A stretch of 64,000 nucleotides of DNA. Origin: a bacterium. Lineage in GTDB: Bacteria; Bacillota; Clostridia; Lachnospirales; Lachnospiraceae. The stretch's first letter is position 1, and the number at the start of each line of letters is the position of its first letter. Under the pieces are notes generated by a model. That model did no database searches. It saw nothing but the letters and a program-made list of their open reading frames with translations, and had not been told where the DNA came from. The stretch spans positions 17,175 to 81,174 of the forward strand of contig JAQYOU010000022.1 of the NCBI GenBank assembly GCA_028727105.1, read 5' to 3'. A program made the position numbers and the translations under genes. This document shows positions 1 to 9,547 of this stretch, piece by piece.

Positions 1-1073
1 ATTCTGGAGTGATTGATGGTGTTGGTCCAAGATATTGTCCTTCTATCGAGGATAAGGTAGTGAAGTTTGCGGATAAGAACAGGCATCAGCTGTTTGTAGA
101 ACCGGAAGGACTTCACACAAATGAAATGTATATTTCAGGAATGTCATCCTCTTTACCGGAAGATGTACAGTATGAAATGTATCGTACAGTTCCGGGGTTG
201 GAGAACTGCAGGATCGTGCGGAATGCTTATGCGATCGAATATGATTGTTTTGATCCGAATCAGTTATATCCCAGTCTGGAATTTAAAAAGATCAAAGGTT
301 TATTTAGTGGCGGACAGTCAAATGGAAGTTCCGGTTATGAGGAAGCAGCTGCTCAGGGATTGATCGCAGGTATCAATGCTGCAATGGAAATACTTGGTAA
401 AGATCCATTAATTTTAGATCGAAGTGAAGCTTATATTGGTGTTTTGATCGATGATCTTGTAACAAAGGAAAATGTCGAACCTTATCGAATGATGACATCC
501 CGCGCAGAGTATCGTCTGCTGCTCAGACAGGATAATGCAGACCTTCGTTTGACACCAAAGGGTTATGAGGTTGGATTGATCCCTAAGAGTCGGTATGACT
601 GGGTAAAATTAAAAGAACAGTTGATTGATGCTGAGATTGAGCGTGTTTCACATGTAACAGTAGGAGCCAATAAGAATACACAGCAGTTTTTAAAAGATCA
701 TGACAGTGTAGAATTAAATACAGGTACGACTCTTACGGAACTGATCCGAAGACCGGAATTAAATTATGATCTGTTGGCTCCTCTTGATCCGGAACGTCCA
801 CAGCTTCATCCGGAGGTTCGTGAGCAGGTAAATATTTTCATTAAATATGATGGGTACATTACCAGACAGATCAAACAGGTGGAAGAGTTCAAACGGCTGG
901 AGAAGAAAAAGCTTTCTCCGGATCTTGATTATGAAAAGATCAGCGGTCTCCGTATAGAGGCCAGGCAGAAATTGAATAAGCTGAAGCCCTTGTCTATCGG
1001 ACAGGCTTCCAGAATCCAGGGTGTTTCTCCGGCAGATATTTCTGTATTGTTGGTTTATTTAGGAAGTATGTAA
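1..1073 (+). CDS. mnmG: tRNA uridine-5-carboxymethylaminomethyl(34) synthesis enzyme MnmG (5'-truncated by window edge)
   Basis: [11 protein letters not shown], [16 protein letters not shown] and [14 protein letters not shown] motifs; followed by rsmG. Confidence 0.97.
   Translation, partial: SGVIDGVGPRYCPSIEDKVVKFADKNRHQLFVEPEGLHTNEMYISGMSSSLPEDVQYEMYRTVPGLENCRIVRNAYAIEYDCFDPNQLYPSLEFKKIKGLFSGGQSNGSSGYEEAAAQGLIAGINAAMEILGKDPLILDRSEAYIGVLIDDLVTKENVEPYRMMTSRAEYRLLLRQDNADLRLTPKGYEVGLIPKSRYDWVKLKEQLIDAEIERVSHVTVGANKNTQQFLKDHDSVELNTGTTLTELIRRPELNYDLLAPLDPERPQLHPEVREQVNIFIKYDGYITRQIKQVEEFKRLEKKKLSPDLDYEKISGLRIEARQKLNKLKPLSIGQASRIQGVSPADISVLLVYLGSM
644..659. promoter_or_regulatory. intragenic parS-like site
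   Basis: TGTTTCACATGTAACA; its reverse complement TGTTACATGTGAAACA is one mismatch from TGTTNCACGTGAAACA. Confidence 0.6.
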
Positions 1074-1093
1074 AATTGAAAAAGGATACTGAT

Positions 1094-1819
1094 ATGATGT
1101 CTTACAATTTTTCTGATTTTAAAAATATCTTAGAACAGTGGAAGATTCCGTTTTCGGAAAAACAGCAGGAGCAGTTGACTGTTTATTATGAGATGCTCGT
1201 TGAAAAAAATAAGGTTATGAATCTGACTGCTATTACCGAATTTGAAGATGTATTGGAAAAGCATTTTTTGGATAGTATTGCAATTGCCCGTTATATTGAT
1301 CTGACCGGTGATCTGTCGGTCATCGATCTTGGAACAGGTGCAGGGTTTCCCGGTATGCCACTTAAGATCATGTTTCCTGATTTAAAGATTACTCTTGCAG
1401 ATTCTTTAAACAAACGAATCTTATTCTTAAATGAGGTGATTGATGAGTTACAGTTAGAAGGTGTGACAACTGTGCATGGACGAGCAGAGGATCTTGCTTC
1501 TGATATTATTTATCGGGAAAAGTATGATCTTTGTGTTTCCCGTGCAGTTGCTAATCTTTCTACATTATCTGAGTATTGTCTTCCTTTTGTGAAGCTTGGC
1601 GGGTCTTTTATTTCTTATAAATCAGGTGAAATAGAGGATGAGTTAACTTCTGCAAAAAAAGCAATCTTTTTACTTGGCGGCAAAACAAAGGATGTAGTTT
1701 CTTTTCAGTTAGATGGAACAGATATTAATCGCAGCTTTGTTGTGATCGGTAAAGATAAAAAAACTCCGAAGACATACCCAAGAAAATCCGGTATGCCTTC
1801 GAAGAAGCCTTTACATTAG
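1094..1819 (+). CDS. rsmG: 16S rRNA (guanine(527)-N7)-methyltransferase RsmG/GidB
   Basis: MNLTAIT, KHFLDS, DLGTGAGFPG, SRAVA and YPRKSG motifs; start uncertain (TTG 1076, ATG 1094 or ATG 1097). Confidence 0.96.
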   Translation: MMSYNFSDFKNILEQWKIPFSEKQQEQLTVYYEMLVEKNKVMNLTAITEFEDVLEKHFLDSIAIARYIDLTGDLSVIDLGTGAGFPGMPLKIMFPDLKITLADSLNKRILFLNEVIDELQLEGVTTVHGRAEDLASDIIYREKYDLCVSRAVANLSTLSEYCLPFVKLGGSFISYKSGEIEDELTSAKKAIFLLGGKTKDVVSFQLDGTDINRSFVVIGKDKKTPKTYPRKSGMPSKKPLH

Positions 1820-1864
1820 TATTCCGTTATATTTTTTATTACTATTATGAATCTTGAACAGCTA

Positions 1865-2086
1865 CTATTCTTTTTCTAATAATATGGGAATAAATTTACT
1901 CATGAGAGGAATGTAGGTTGTAAGAAAGACAATGGCTGCAATGATGTTTGCAGCTTTTTTCTTTTTGCATGTAATATTTGTTCCTACTAATATACCCATT
2001 GAGAACAGGCAAAATTTTAAGAGTGTCATATCCTTCCAGTCACAGGTCTTTACATATTCATTTGCTTTTTCGAATAATCTCTTCAT
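1865..2086 (-). CDS. small hypothetical membrane protein
   Basis: 73 aa, two hydrophobic segments, AAGGAG RBS upstream. Confidence 0.8.
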   Translation of the reverse strand: MKRLFEKANEYVKTCDWKDMTLLKFCLFSMGILVGTNITCKKKKAANIIAAIVFLTTYIPLMSKFIPILLEKE

Positions 2087-2133
2087 AGTTGTTCTCCTTT
2101 TTGTATGATAATTTGGGTGATAAAAATATTTTT

Positions 2134-2299
2134 TTCATAACGTTTTTGGGTCATGTGAGCACATGTATGGCAGGCACGCTCTCGCTACTTGTCGCTGGAA
2201 GTGGTACATAAGTGACCAAAATACGGTCACTAAGTACCAGCCGCTCCAAAGTGCGCTGCCTAATACATTGTGCTTCACATGACCTGTTCACGTTGTGAA
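2134..2299. repeat. long imperfect inverted repeat (REP/MITE-like hairpin)
   Basis: GGTCATGTGA-GCACA-TGTAT-GGCAG-GCAC...TGGTAC..AGTGACC pairs with GGTCACT..GTACCA...GTGC-CTGCC-ATACA-TGTGC-TCACATGACC; GC-rich in AT-rich flanks. Confidence 0.75.
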
Positions 2300-2333
2300 T
2301 GAGTGTCGCAATTATTTATATAAAATGTTATGA

Positions 2334-3263
2334 TCAGTTATATAATAATGAGATCACTTCTTCTGGTTTTTCAAGCTGAGGAAGATAACCTGCTTCGGAA
2401 ATGCGGTCAATAGTAATGTTATGATTATATGTTTGATATTCTGTTAGTTCATCACTGGCAGCATCTGTTACAATGAAATGGATCGGATTATTGATCAATT
2501 TCAGTGCATGAATGATATTGATATTTGTATATTTTCCAATCATGCTGGCGTATAGATATTTTCCATTACTTCCTTGTAAATGAGCGGATTCATAATAAGT
2601 ATCTGTCAAGTTCACAGGAATCTTTGTTGTATCTTTGTAATATTTTTCTGTGAAAAGTTTTGTGATGGCTTTTGTATTTGTGATCGTATTATAAATAAAT
2701 GTTCCGATGATTGGAAGCTCGATCATATGCTTTATCATTTCGCTAAGTACTGTTGGTGATTGTACATTGCAAGTAATATCTGAAGGGTTAATTGCAGTAA
2801 TCTTTCCGATCATATTTTGATCCATACGTGCTGCCATAACTGCAAAGGAAAATGATTCTCCGGTAACGATCAAATCTGTTTTTTCCTTAATCACGTCCTG
2901 AATAAAATCTTTAACCAGTTGAACATATAAGTAATTTACATAAGAAGATGCAGGTTTATCAGATTTACCACATCCTAACAGATCAATTGTATATACTGTA
3001 TTTGTTTTACTTAATGATTCTATGATCTGGCTCCATTCATAAGTGGATGAGATTGGATTGAGATCATGGAGCAAAAGGATTGGTTGTCCGGTTCCTTTCT
3101 TTTTATAATAGATTGTACCATTTCTCCAATTGTAATAATTCTCATCATCTTCTAGAGTTAATCCTCTGTAGCTGGAAGTATATTCAATAAATTTATTGAA
3201 AGCGTACATTGCAGCACCTGCAATAGTTGTGATTGCGATCAGTTTCTTGACTTTTTTGTTCAT
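2334..3263 (-). CDS. alpha/beta hydrolase fold protein with N-terminal anchor
   Basis: PILLLHD, IDLLGCGKSDKP and GESFS elbow motifs; GGAGG RBS; TTGCAA-17-TATAAT promoter at 3330-3302. Confidence 0.88.
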   Translation of the reverse strand: MNKKVKKLIAITTIAGAAMYAFNKFIEYTSSYRGLTLEDDENYYNWRNGTIYYKKKGTGQPILLLHDLNPISSTYEWSQIIESLSKTNTVYTIDLLGCGKSDKPASSYVNYLYVQLVKDFIQDVIKEKTDLIVTGESFSFAVMAARMDQNMIGKITAINPSDITCNVQSPTVLSEMIKHMIELPIIGTFIYNTITNTKAITKLFTEKYYKDTTKIPVNLTDTYYESAHLQGSNGKYLYASMIGKYTNINIIHALKLINNPIHFIVTDAASDELTEYQTYNHNITIDRISEAGYLPQLEKPEEVISLLYN

Positions 3264-3349
3264 GATAGATCCACCTCCTATGTGTGAATTGTTCTATTTC
3301 TATTATAATCTTAGTTTTTTTTATTTGCAATATCTTGTAACTATTCAGC

Positions 3350-3505
3350 CCCCATCTCGATTTCTCTAACGCTTCATCTCGATGTGGATTCTCGCCAAAG
3401 AAATTTTCCTGAATATCGTCATTCATGCAAGCATGACTCCGATAGCGGTTATTCGGAATTCGCTTCTTCCTCACGAATGTAAATGGCTACGCATTTACAT
3501 TCAAA
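3350..3505. repeat. multi-hairpin intergenic element
   Basis: CATCTCGAT direct repeat, TATCG..TCATGC-AA-GCATGA..CGATA hairpin and GAATGTAAATG-GCTACG-CATTTACATTC hairpin. Confidence 0.55.
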
Positions 3506-3556
3506 TTGCCTTGGCTCTGAATAGTTACAATATCTTTTAATTATAAGATCTTACAT

Positions 3557-3572
3557 AGTTTCACGTGAAACA
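3557..3572. promoter_or_regulatory. parS site
   Basis: AGTTTCACGTGAAACA, one mismatch from consensus, upstream of parAB. Confidence 0.9.
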
Positions 3573-3641
3573 TTTTGTTTTAAAATAGTAAGCAAAACAA
3601 GATTTAGTATCGCAAGTGTGAGCGTCTACATGATAGTGTAT

Positions 3642-3657
3642 TGTTTCACGTGAAACA
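3642..3657. promoter_or_regulatory. parS site
   Basis: perfect TGTTTCACGTGAAACA palindrome. Confidence 0.95.
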
Positions 3658-3697
3658 TTTTCGGGATAGTAAAATAGATGATAAAACTATAAAATAC

Positions 3698-3726
3698 TAG
3701 AAAAGTAGAGGGCAGCGTGATATAAT
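3698..3726 (+). promoter_or_regulatory. sigma-A promoter of parAB
   Basis: TAGAAA-17-TATAAT with extended TG. Confidence 0.6.
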
Positions 3727-3768
3727 GAGCATTAGTGATTAATAAGATAACAAAGATGGAGAAATAAA

Positions 3769-4554
3769 ATGGGAAGAATTATTGCTATTGCAAACCAAAA
3801 AGGTGGAGTTGGTAAAACAACGACTGCAATCAATTTATCAGCTTGCTTGGCTGAAGTAGGAAAAAAGGTGTTGGTTATTGATCTTGATCCACAGGGAAAC
3901 ACAACAAGTGGATTGGGAATTGATAAATCGGAGTTAGAAAATACAGTATATGAATTGATACTGGATGAGTGTACTGCAAAAGAGGCTATGGTTCGTACAG
4001 AAATTGATAATCTGTACATATTACCTTCGAATGTAAATCTTGCAGGAGCAGAGATTGAATTGTTGGATATTGATAATAAAGAATATACGCTTCGGGAAGC
4101 AATTGATTATGTACAGGAAGAGTTTGAGTATATTATTATTGATTGTCCACCTTCATTAAATATGTTAACTGTAAATGCTATGACAACAGCAAATACAGTT
4201 CTCGTTCCGATCCAGTGCGAGTATTATGCATTAGAAGGATTGAGTCAGTTGATGTACACGATCAATCTTGTACAGGATCGTTTAAATCCAAAACTGAAAA
4301 TGGAAGGCGTCGTATTTACGATGTATGACTCAAGAACAAACCTGTCCAACCAGGTTGTTGAGAATGTAAAAGAAAATATTGATACGATTGTTTATAAGAC
4401 GGTGATTCCAAGAAATATCCGTCTGGCAGAGGCTCCCAGTCATGGTTTGCCGATCAATCTTTATGATCCAAAGTCGGCCGGTGCAGAGAGTTATCGTCAG
4501 CTGGCACAGGAAGTGATCAGCAACGATATAGAAACAGAAATGAATGTATCATAG
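3769..4554 (+). CDS. parA: chromosome partitioning ATPase ParA/Soj
   Basis: NQKGGVGKTTT deviant Walker A, DLDPQGN, DCPPSL, IPRNIRLAEAPSHG. Confidence 0.97.
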   Translation: MGRIIAIANQKGGVGKTTTAINLSACLAEVGKKVLVIDLDPQGNTTSGLGIDKSELENTVYELILDECTAKEAMVRTEIDNLYILPSNVNLAGAEIELLDIDNKEYTLREAIDYVQEEFEYIIIDCPPSLNMLTVNAMTTANTVLVPIQCEYYALEGLSQLMYTINLVQDRLNPKLKMEGVVFTMYDSRTNLSNQVVENVKENIDTIVYKTVIPRNIRLAEAPSHGLPINLYDPKSAGAESYRQLAQEVISNDIETEMNVS

Positions 4555-4583
4555 TTCAGAAATAAGGAAGAAAGGAAATAGAA

Positions 4584-5492
4584 ATGGCAGTAAGAAAAGG
4601 AGGACTTGGTAAAGGTCTTGATTCAATGATCCCTGATAAGATCGGAAAAACATCAAAGGAGCAGGCAGAGGTAGTAAAGCCTGATACAATGATGGATATT
4701 AATAAGGTAGAGCCTAACAGAGAACAGCCCCGAAAGAATTTTGATGAGGATGCGTTATTGGAATTATCAGAATCAATTAAACAGTTTGGCGTGATCCAGC
4801 CGTTGATCGTCCAGGACAGGAAAACCTATTATGAGATTATTGCGGGAGAGCGTCGTTGGCGTGCTGCAAAAATGGCCGGATTAAAGGAAGTACCGGTTAT
4901 TATTAAAAATTACAGTGAACAGGAGATTATGGAGATATCTTTGATCGAAAATATTCAGCGTGAGGATCTGAATCCGATCGAAGAAGCATTAGCATATAAA
5001 AAGCTTTTGACTGAATTTCATTTAAAGCAGGATGAAGTGGCAGAGCGTGTATCAAAGAGTCGTACAGCTGTGACAAATTCTATGAGATTGTTAAAATTAA
5101 ATGAGAAGGTTCAGCAGATGCTGATCGATGATATGCTTTCCACCGGTCATGCACGAGCATTACTTGCAATTGATGATCCGGAAGAACAATACAATCTGGC
5201 ACAAAAGATCTTTGATGAAAAGATGAGTGTGCGTGATGTAGAAAAGCTCGTTAAAAAGCTTCAAAAGGAAAAAACGGAAAAACCCAAGGAAGAAGTAAAA
5301 CCGGATCAGTCTATGGAACAGATGCAGGTGATCTATCATGATCTGGAAGAAAAAATGAAAGGAATCTTTGGAACAAAGGTTACAATTAATTCAAAGGACA
5401 TGAAAAAAGGAAAGATTGAGATAGAGTATTACTCTCCTGATGAGCTGGATCATATCATGGATATGTTTCATAGTATTCAGAACAATGAATGA
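4584..5492 (+). CDS. parB: ParB/Spo0J partition protein
   Basis: GLGKGLD N-terminus, QPRKNF, IIAGERRWRA, ENIQREDL, HTH. Confidence 0.97.
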   Translation: MAVRKGGLGKGLDSMIPDKIGKTSKEQAEVVKPDTMMDINKVEPNREQPRKNFDEDALLELSESIKQFGVIQPLIVQDRKTYYEIIAGERRWRAAKMAGLKEVPVIIKNYSEQEIMEISLIENIQREDLNPIEEALAYKKLLTEFHLKQDEVAERVSKSRTAVTNSMRLLKLNEKVQQMLIDDMLSTGHARALLAIDDPEEQYNLAQKIFDEKMSVRDVEKLVKKLQKEKTEKPKEEVKPDQSMEQMQVIYHDLEEKMKGIFGTKVTINSKDMKKGKIEIEYYSPDELDHIMDMFHSIQNNE

Positions 5493-5503
5493 GGTATGAT
5501 GTA

Positions 5504-6022
5504 ATGAGTTATTTAACAGATATTGTCAATGTACTTGAAAACAATATGGAGTTTGTTTTGATCGGTGTTGCTGTACTAGTATTGATCCTTTTGGTATTAT
5601 TGATCCTTACGATCGTGAATCTTTCTCAGATCAAAAAGCTGAAGAAAAAATACACGAAATTTATGAGCGGAAGTAATGCACAAAGCCTGGAGGAAACGAT
5701 TACAGAGCATTTAAATGAGATCGATGGACTGATCTCATCAAATGCAAGAAATGAGAAAAATATTGATCAACTGAAAAACCAGATCAGATTTGCCTTTCAG
5801 AAGGTTGGTTTGGTAAAGTATGATGCCTTTCAGGAGATGGGTGGAAAGCTCAGTTTTTCTCTTTGTTTATTGAACGAAAAAGAGGATGGTTTTATTATCA
5901 ATGCCATGCATAGTCGTGAAGGCTGTTATACTTATATTAAAGAGATCATAGCAGGGAACTGTGTGATCATTCTTTCTGAGGAAGAAAAAGAAGCATTAGA
6001 AATGGCAAAGGCTTATAAGTAA
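5504..6022 (+). CDS. DUF4446-like membrane-anchored protein
   Basis: N-terminal TM, KYDAFQEMGGKLSFS motif, position after parB; start may be 5489. Confidence 0.8.
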   Translation: MSYLTDIVNVLENNMEFVLIGVAVLVLILLVLLILTIVNLSQIKKLKKKYTKFMSGSNAQSLEETITEHLNEIDGLISSNARNEKNIDQLKNQIRFAFQKVGLVKYDAFQEMGGKLSFSLCLLNEKEDGFIINAMHSREGCYTYIKEIIAGNCVIILSEEEKEALEMAKAYK

Positions 6023-6035
6023 TGAAAGGGTAAGT

Positions 6036-6911
6036 ATGCATAGTTTTATACGGAGCATAGGATTTAGTCAGATCAAGAAAGATGTGGACCTGTTTCCGCT
6101 CCTTCAGATGACAATTGATTCTCCGGATATGAGAAGCTCATATGAAAAACCGGATGGAGAAGTCTTTATTGAGATGAAAAAGGAATTTGGTCATCGGATC
6201 GGATTAGCAGTATGTGGAAGTAATATAGATGATCATCAGGCATTTCATATTGAGTATTTTTATCCGTATTTTCGCGGACAATATGACAGCGTAAATGAGG
6301 AAATAGAAATCGAACGACACGCAGATAAACATTCCTACGCTGCCATCTGTGATGACATGCGTCTTGGCGTAACGTTGATCTATTATCTTCAAAATATTAG
6401 TGATTTCTTTAAATTTACTAATGGAAAAATGATTACAAAAACAGGAACATCTGTTCTATCTGCGCTTTCTACAGAGGGAAAGATCATTCTTCCGGTAGAG
6501 GAAGTAGATACCAGCAGACAAAATCAAAAGAAAAAATTTATGAAACGAAACAATCTGTTATCTGCTGCAAAAGAGGGTGATGAAGAAGCAATTGAGAATC
6601 TTACAATGGAAGATATCGATCAGTATTCTGTATTATCCCGTCGCGTGATGAGTGAGGATCTATTAACGATCATTGATACCAGTATGATGCCCTATGGAAT
6701 AGAAAGTGATCAGTATGCAGTAGTAGGTGAAATATTTGATATTCATCATTCAAAGAATATGATCACAGGAGAGAATATGATCCTGTTATCGGTGAATTCA
6801 AAAGATATCCTCTTTGAGATATGCATCAATGAAAAGGATCTGATCGGTGAACCCCAGATAGGGCGCAGATTTAAAGGAAAGATCTGGATGCAGGGTTATA
6901 TGAAATTTTAA
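6036..6911 (+). CDS. DUF3881-like conserved protein
   Basis: MHSFIRSIGFS start and GEPQIGRRFKGKIWMQG end, typical of this family. Confidence 0.8.
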   Translation: MHSFIRSIGFSQIKKDVDLFPLLQMTIDSPDMRSSYEKPDGEVFIEMKKEFGHRIGLAVCGSNIDDHQAFHIEYFYPYFRGQYDSVNEEIEIERHADKHSYAAICDDMRLGVTLIYYLQNISDFFKFTNGKMITKTGTSVLSALSTEGKIILPVEEVDTSRQNQKKKFMKRNNLLSAAKEGDEEAIENLTMEDIDQYSVLSRRVMSEDLLTIIDTSMMPYGIESDQYAVVGEIFDIHHSKNMITGENMILLSVNSKDILFEICINEKDLIGEPQIGRRFKGKIWMQGYMKF

Positions 6912-6926
6912 GATCCGGGATAGGAT

Positions 6927-6969
6927 GCGGGAATATTTGGTTTAACAATGATCGGGTATTCCCGCTTTT
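6927..6969 (+). terminator. intrinsic terminator
   Basis: GCGGGAATA...TATTCCCGC followed by TTTT. Confidence 0.55.
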
Positions 6970-6971
6970 GA

Positions 6972-7000
6972 TTGACAATCACTTGAATAATGAGTAAAAT
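6972..7000 (+). promoter_or_regulatory. sigma-A promoter of tRNA-Arg
   Basis: TTGACA-17-TAAAAT. Confidence 0.8.
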
Positions 7001-7012
7001 AATAGTGTATTT

Positions 7013-7084
7013 GTTCTCATAGTTAAATGGATATAACAAGCGCCTCCTAAGCGCTAGTTGTGGGTTCGATTCCCGCTGGGAACA
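7013..7084 (+). tRNA. tRNA-Arg(CCU)
   Basis: GTTCTCA/TGGGAAC acceptor stem, AGCGC-CTCCTAA-GCGCT anticodon arm, GGTTCGATTCC T-loop; CCA not encoded. Confidence 0.95.
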
Positions 7085-7144
7085 TTCGAAAAGGATATGC
7101 CATTGATCTTCGAGTGAGCATGGCTTTCAGCTTTCGCGAAAATA

Positions 7145-7660
7145 TCAAGTCTTGTTGTTCGTATTTGTATTGATCTGTTCTTTATTCAATTTACCGGCGG
7201 CAATGGTCTGATCCAGCCAAAGATTCAGAGAATCGATCGCCAGAGCCATTTTTTCCAATTGATCTTTGATCTTAAAGAAATCCGGAAGTTCGTCCTCAGA
7301 GAGTTCACCATCTACCGTGATCTCGATGAGGCGTTCTTTTTCATGAGTGAGTTTGTTGAGTGTGGCCAGCATTTCCAGTGTGATCTGGGAAAGATCCTTT
7401 GCCTTGATCTCAGGCACATATTCAATGCCGATGGGACACTCATGTGAACAGAAATAGTTGCACAAAGCAGGATTTTTATAACAGTCTGCCATTGCAAGAA
7501 CTTCTTCCGGGTGAGGTAGTGACTTTTCATTTTCTATCTTTTCGATGCGGTCTGCAGAGATAAAACCAAGCTTTTCCGCTGCAGCTTCTCTAGTATATTC
7601 CATAGCTTCGCGGCTCGTCTGATAAATATTTTTGTTTTCTTTTGTAGATTTTCTTCCCAT
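7145..7660 (-). CDS. XRE-family HTH transcriptional regulator
   Basis: TREAAAEKLGFISADRIEKIENEKSLP HTH; CNYFCSHECPIG motif; AGGGG RBS. Confidence 0.88.
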   Translation of the reverse strand: MGRKSTKENKNIYQTSREAMEYTREAAAEKLGFISADRIEKIENEKSLPHPEEVLAMADCYKNPALCNYFCSHECPIGIEYVPEIKAKDLSQITLEMLATLNKLTHEKERLIEITVDGELSEDELPDFFKIKDQLEKMALAIDSLNLWLDQTIAAGKLNKEQINTNTNNKT

Positions 7661-7884
7661 GATATTTCCCCTATAGATTATGTGAATCATTTAATAAGTG
7701 ACGAATGTTGATCGTGACCGGTTATGTCACGATATATTATATCTGATATTTAACAGAAAGAAAATGGATTTCTGGGATTTAGAAATAGCGAAATAGAATA
7801 TGCTATTTCTGTAATCGTACCATTTATTTTAGATCATATCATTCTTATAATGAGAATAACAACTGAGGCAAAGGGGGATACATA

Positions 7885-8019
7885 ATGACAATAGAAGAAA
7901 GAATCAGAACGTGCCTGCTCCTGGAAAAAATAAGAGAGCAGAAGGAATATAGTGAAAGGCTTGGTTTAGAAAACAGATCAAGATTTCACGGAAAAACAAT
8001 CGAAGAAAGTGAGGAATAA
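7885..8019 (+). CDS. small hypothetical protein (44 aa, not in ORF track)
   Basis: AAGGGGG RBS then ATG, MTIEERIRTCLLLEKI...EESEE*; its end contains the RBS of the next gene. Confidence 0.65.
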   Translation: MTIEERIRTCLLLEKIREQKEYSERLGLENRSRFHGKTIEESEE

Positions 8020-8023
8020 AATT

Positions 8024-8239
8024 ATGTTAACTGTATTATTTATGATCATGATGATTGTAGTATTTGGAAAGATATTTGGATTTGCCTTGAGAGCAACCTG
8101 GGGGATCACAAAAATCATATTCTCCATCGTGTTGCTTCCGCTGTTTTTAGTAGCGTTAGTATTTATGGGATTGATATGGATCGCATTTCCGGTTCTTTTA
8201 GTCATTGGAATTGTATCGTTATTTGCATGCAGAAGTTAA
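8024..8239 (+). CDS. small hydrophobic membrane protein
   Basis: 71 aa, almost entirely hydrophobic; GAGG RBS. Confidence 0.8.
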   Translation: MLTVLFMIMMIVVFGKIFGFALRATWGITKIIFSIVLLPLFLVALVFMGLIWIAFPVLLVIGIVSLFACRS

Positions 8240-8329
8240 ATAACGGGTGTGTTGAAAAAATTTTAATATGCTGATATCTTTACATGGGTGATCAGTTGGT
8301 GTTGATATCATTTTTGACGGAGGAAAAGT

Positions 8330-8758
8330 ATGATGACAGATATGGTAAATGACAGAAAAGAGATCAATGAGGCGATCGTTGCGGGAGACATTGCATTAAA
8401 CAGTCTTTACGCTGCGCAGGAAAAATTGGACAGTGCGAAAGGTTGGAGCTGGCTGGACATGTTTGGTGGCGGATTTCTCACAGATATGATCAAACACAGC
8501 AAGATGGATGAGGCTTCCCGGTGCATGGAAAACGCAAAATATAATTTAAAGAAGTTTCAGAAGGAATTGAGGGACATCAATCTTTCTCTGGATCTTCGAA
8601 TGGAAGTCGGAGGTTTCTTATCCTTTGCAGATTTCTTTTTTGACGGACTCGTGGCGGATTATCTGGTACAGTCAAAGATCGAGGATGCCAGAAGACAGGT
8701 TTCGGATGCAATTAATATGATCTCTGATATCTTGCGTACACTAAGGGCTTCTGTGTAA
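8330..8758 (+). CDS. hypothetical helical protein
   Basis: GGAGG RBS; SAKGWSWLDMFGGG and FADFFFDGLVAD motifs. Confidence 0.85.
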   Translation: MMTDMVNDRKEINEAIVAGDIALNSLYAAQEKLDSAKGWSWLDMFGGGFLTDMIKHSKMDEASRCMENAKYNLKKFQKELRDINLSLDLRMEVGGFLSFADFFFDGLVADYLVQSKIEDARRQVSDAINMISDILRTLRASV

Positions 8759-8860
8759 ATAATCTTCTGTTTGATATTGTGATCCGGTGTAAAAGATATA
8801 AAATAGATATTATGTGACTGTTTGTTATAATGATCGTCTATTTTTGAGGGGATATAGAAT

Positions 8861-9529
8861 ATGGGTGAAAATACAAAAAAGAAGTTGTTGCTCATGGGTG
8901 CAGTATTGATAGCAGTTGTTTCTTTGCCGGTGGGCTGGTATTTTACCTTAAGATTAGGGGTATATGTCGGGGATGATTTTTACTATAAAGTCAGCGATAG
9001 GAAATATAAGAAGAATCGGTCAAATTATATCGAACGGATCTCAGATAATGAATTCAGGCTCATATCTGATACCGGTGAAAAGGCGGTTTCTCTCAAATTC
9101 CATAACGATCTTGCAACTTTTGATTTTTCAGATGGAAAATCTTATGAAGGTTATTTTGATGAGGCAACGGAGACTTTTCGTGATGAGGAAGGTATGATAA
9201 TCGGATGGGATTCTATCCAAATTGTCGGAGGGAATGAACCGAAAAGAATCAGTGATCGTACATATTGCGTTCCATTATTCCAAATCTATTTTGATGAAGG
9301 TGAGACAAGGGGCATTTGGTATTTGCAGGTCTTAGGTATTATTTTATATATACTCGGAATCGTCACTGTTTTATATCCGAATGAGGTTCATTTTTTTCTT
9401 ATCAGCTGGAAATATGATTATCCGGAGTTATCCGAATCCGGTTTGCTGATGGAGCGGGTCGGAGGTATCGTTGAGTGTTTGATTGGAATTGTATTTATGT
9501 CCGGACTGGTTGTTTTGTTTATGAATTAA
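8861..9529 (+). CDS. membrane protein with DUF6199-like C-terminus
   Basis: one N-terminal and two C-terminal TMs flanking WKYDYPELSE. Confidence 0.75.
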   Translation: MGENTKKKLLLMGAVLIAVVSLPVGWYFTLRLGVYVGDDFYYKVSDRKYKKNRSNYIERISDNEFRLISDTGEKAVSLKFHNDLATFDFSDGKSYEGYFDEATETFRDEEGMIIGWDSIQIVGGNEPKRISDRTYCVPLFQIYFDEGETRGIWYLQVLGIILYILGIVTVLYPNEVHFFLISWKYDYPELSESGLLMERVGGIVECLIGIVFMSGLVVLFMN

Positions 9530-9547
9530 AATAATTGGGGGGAACTT

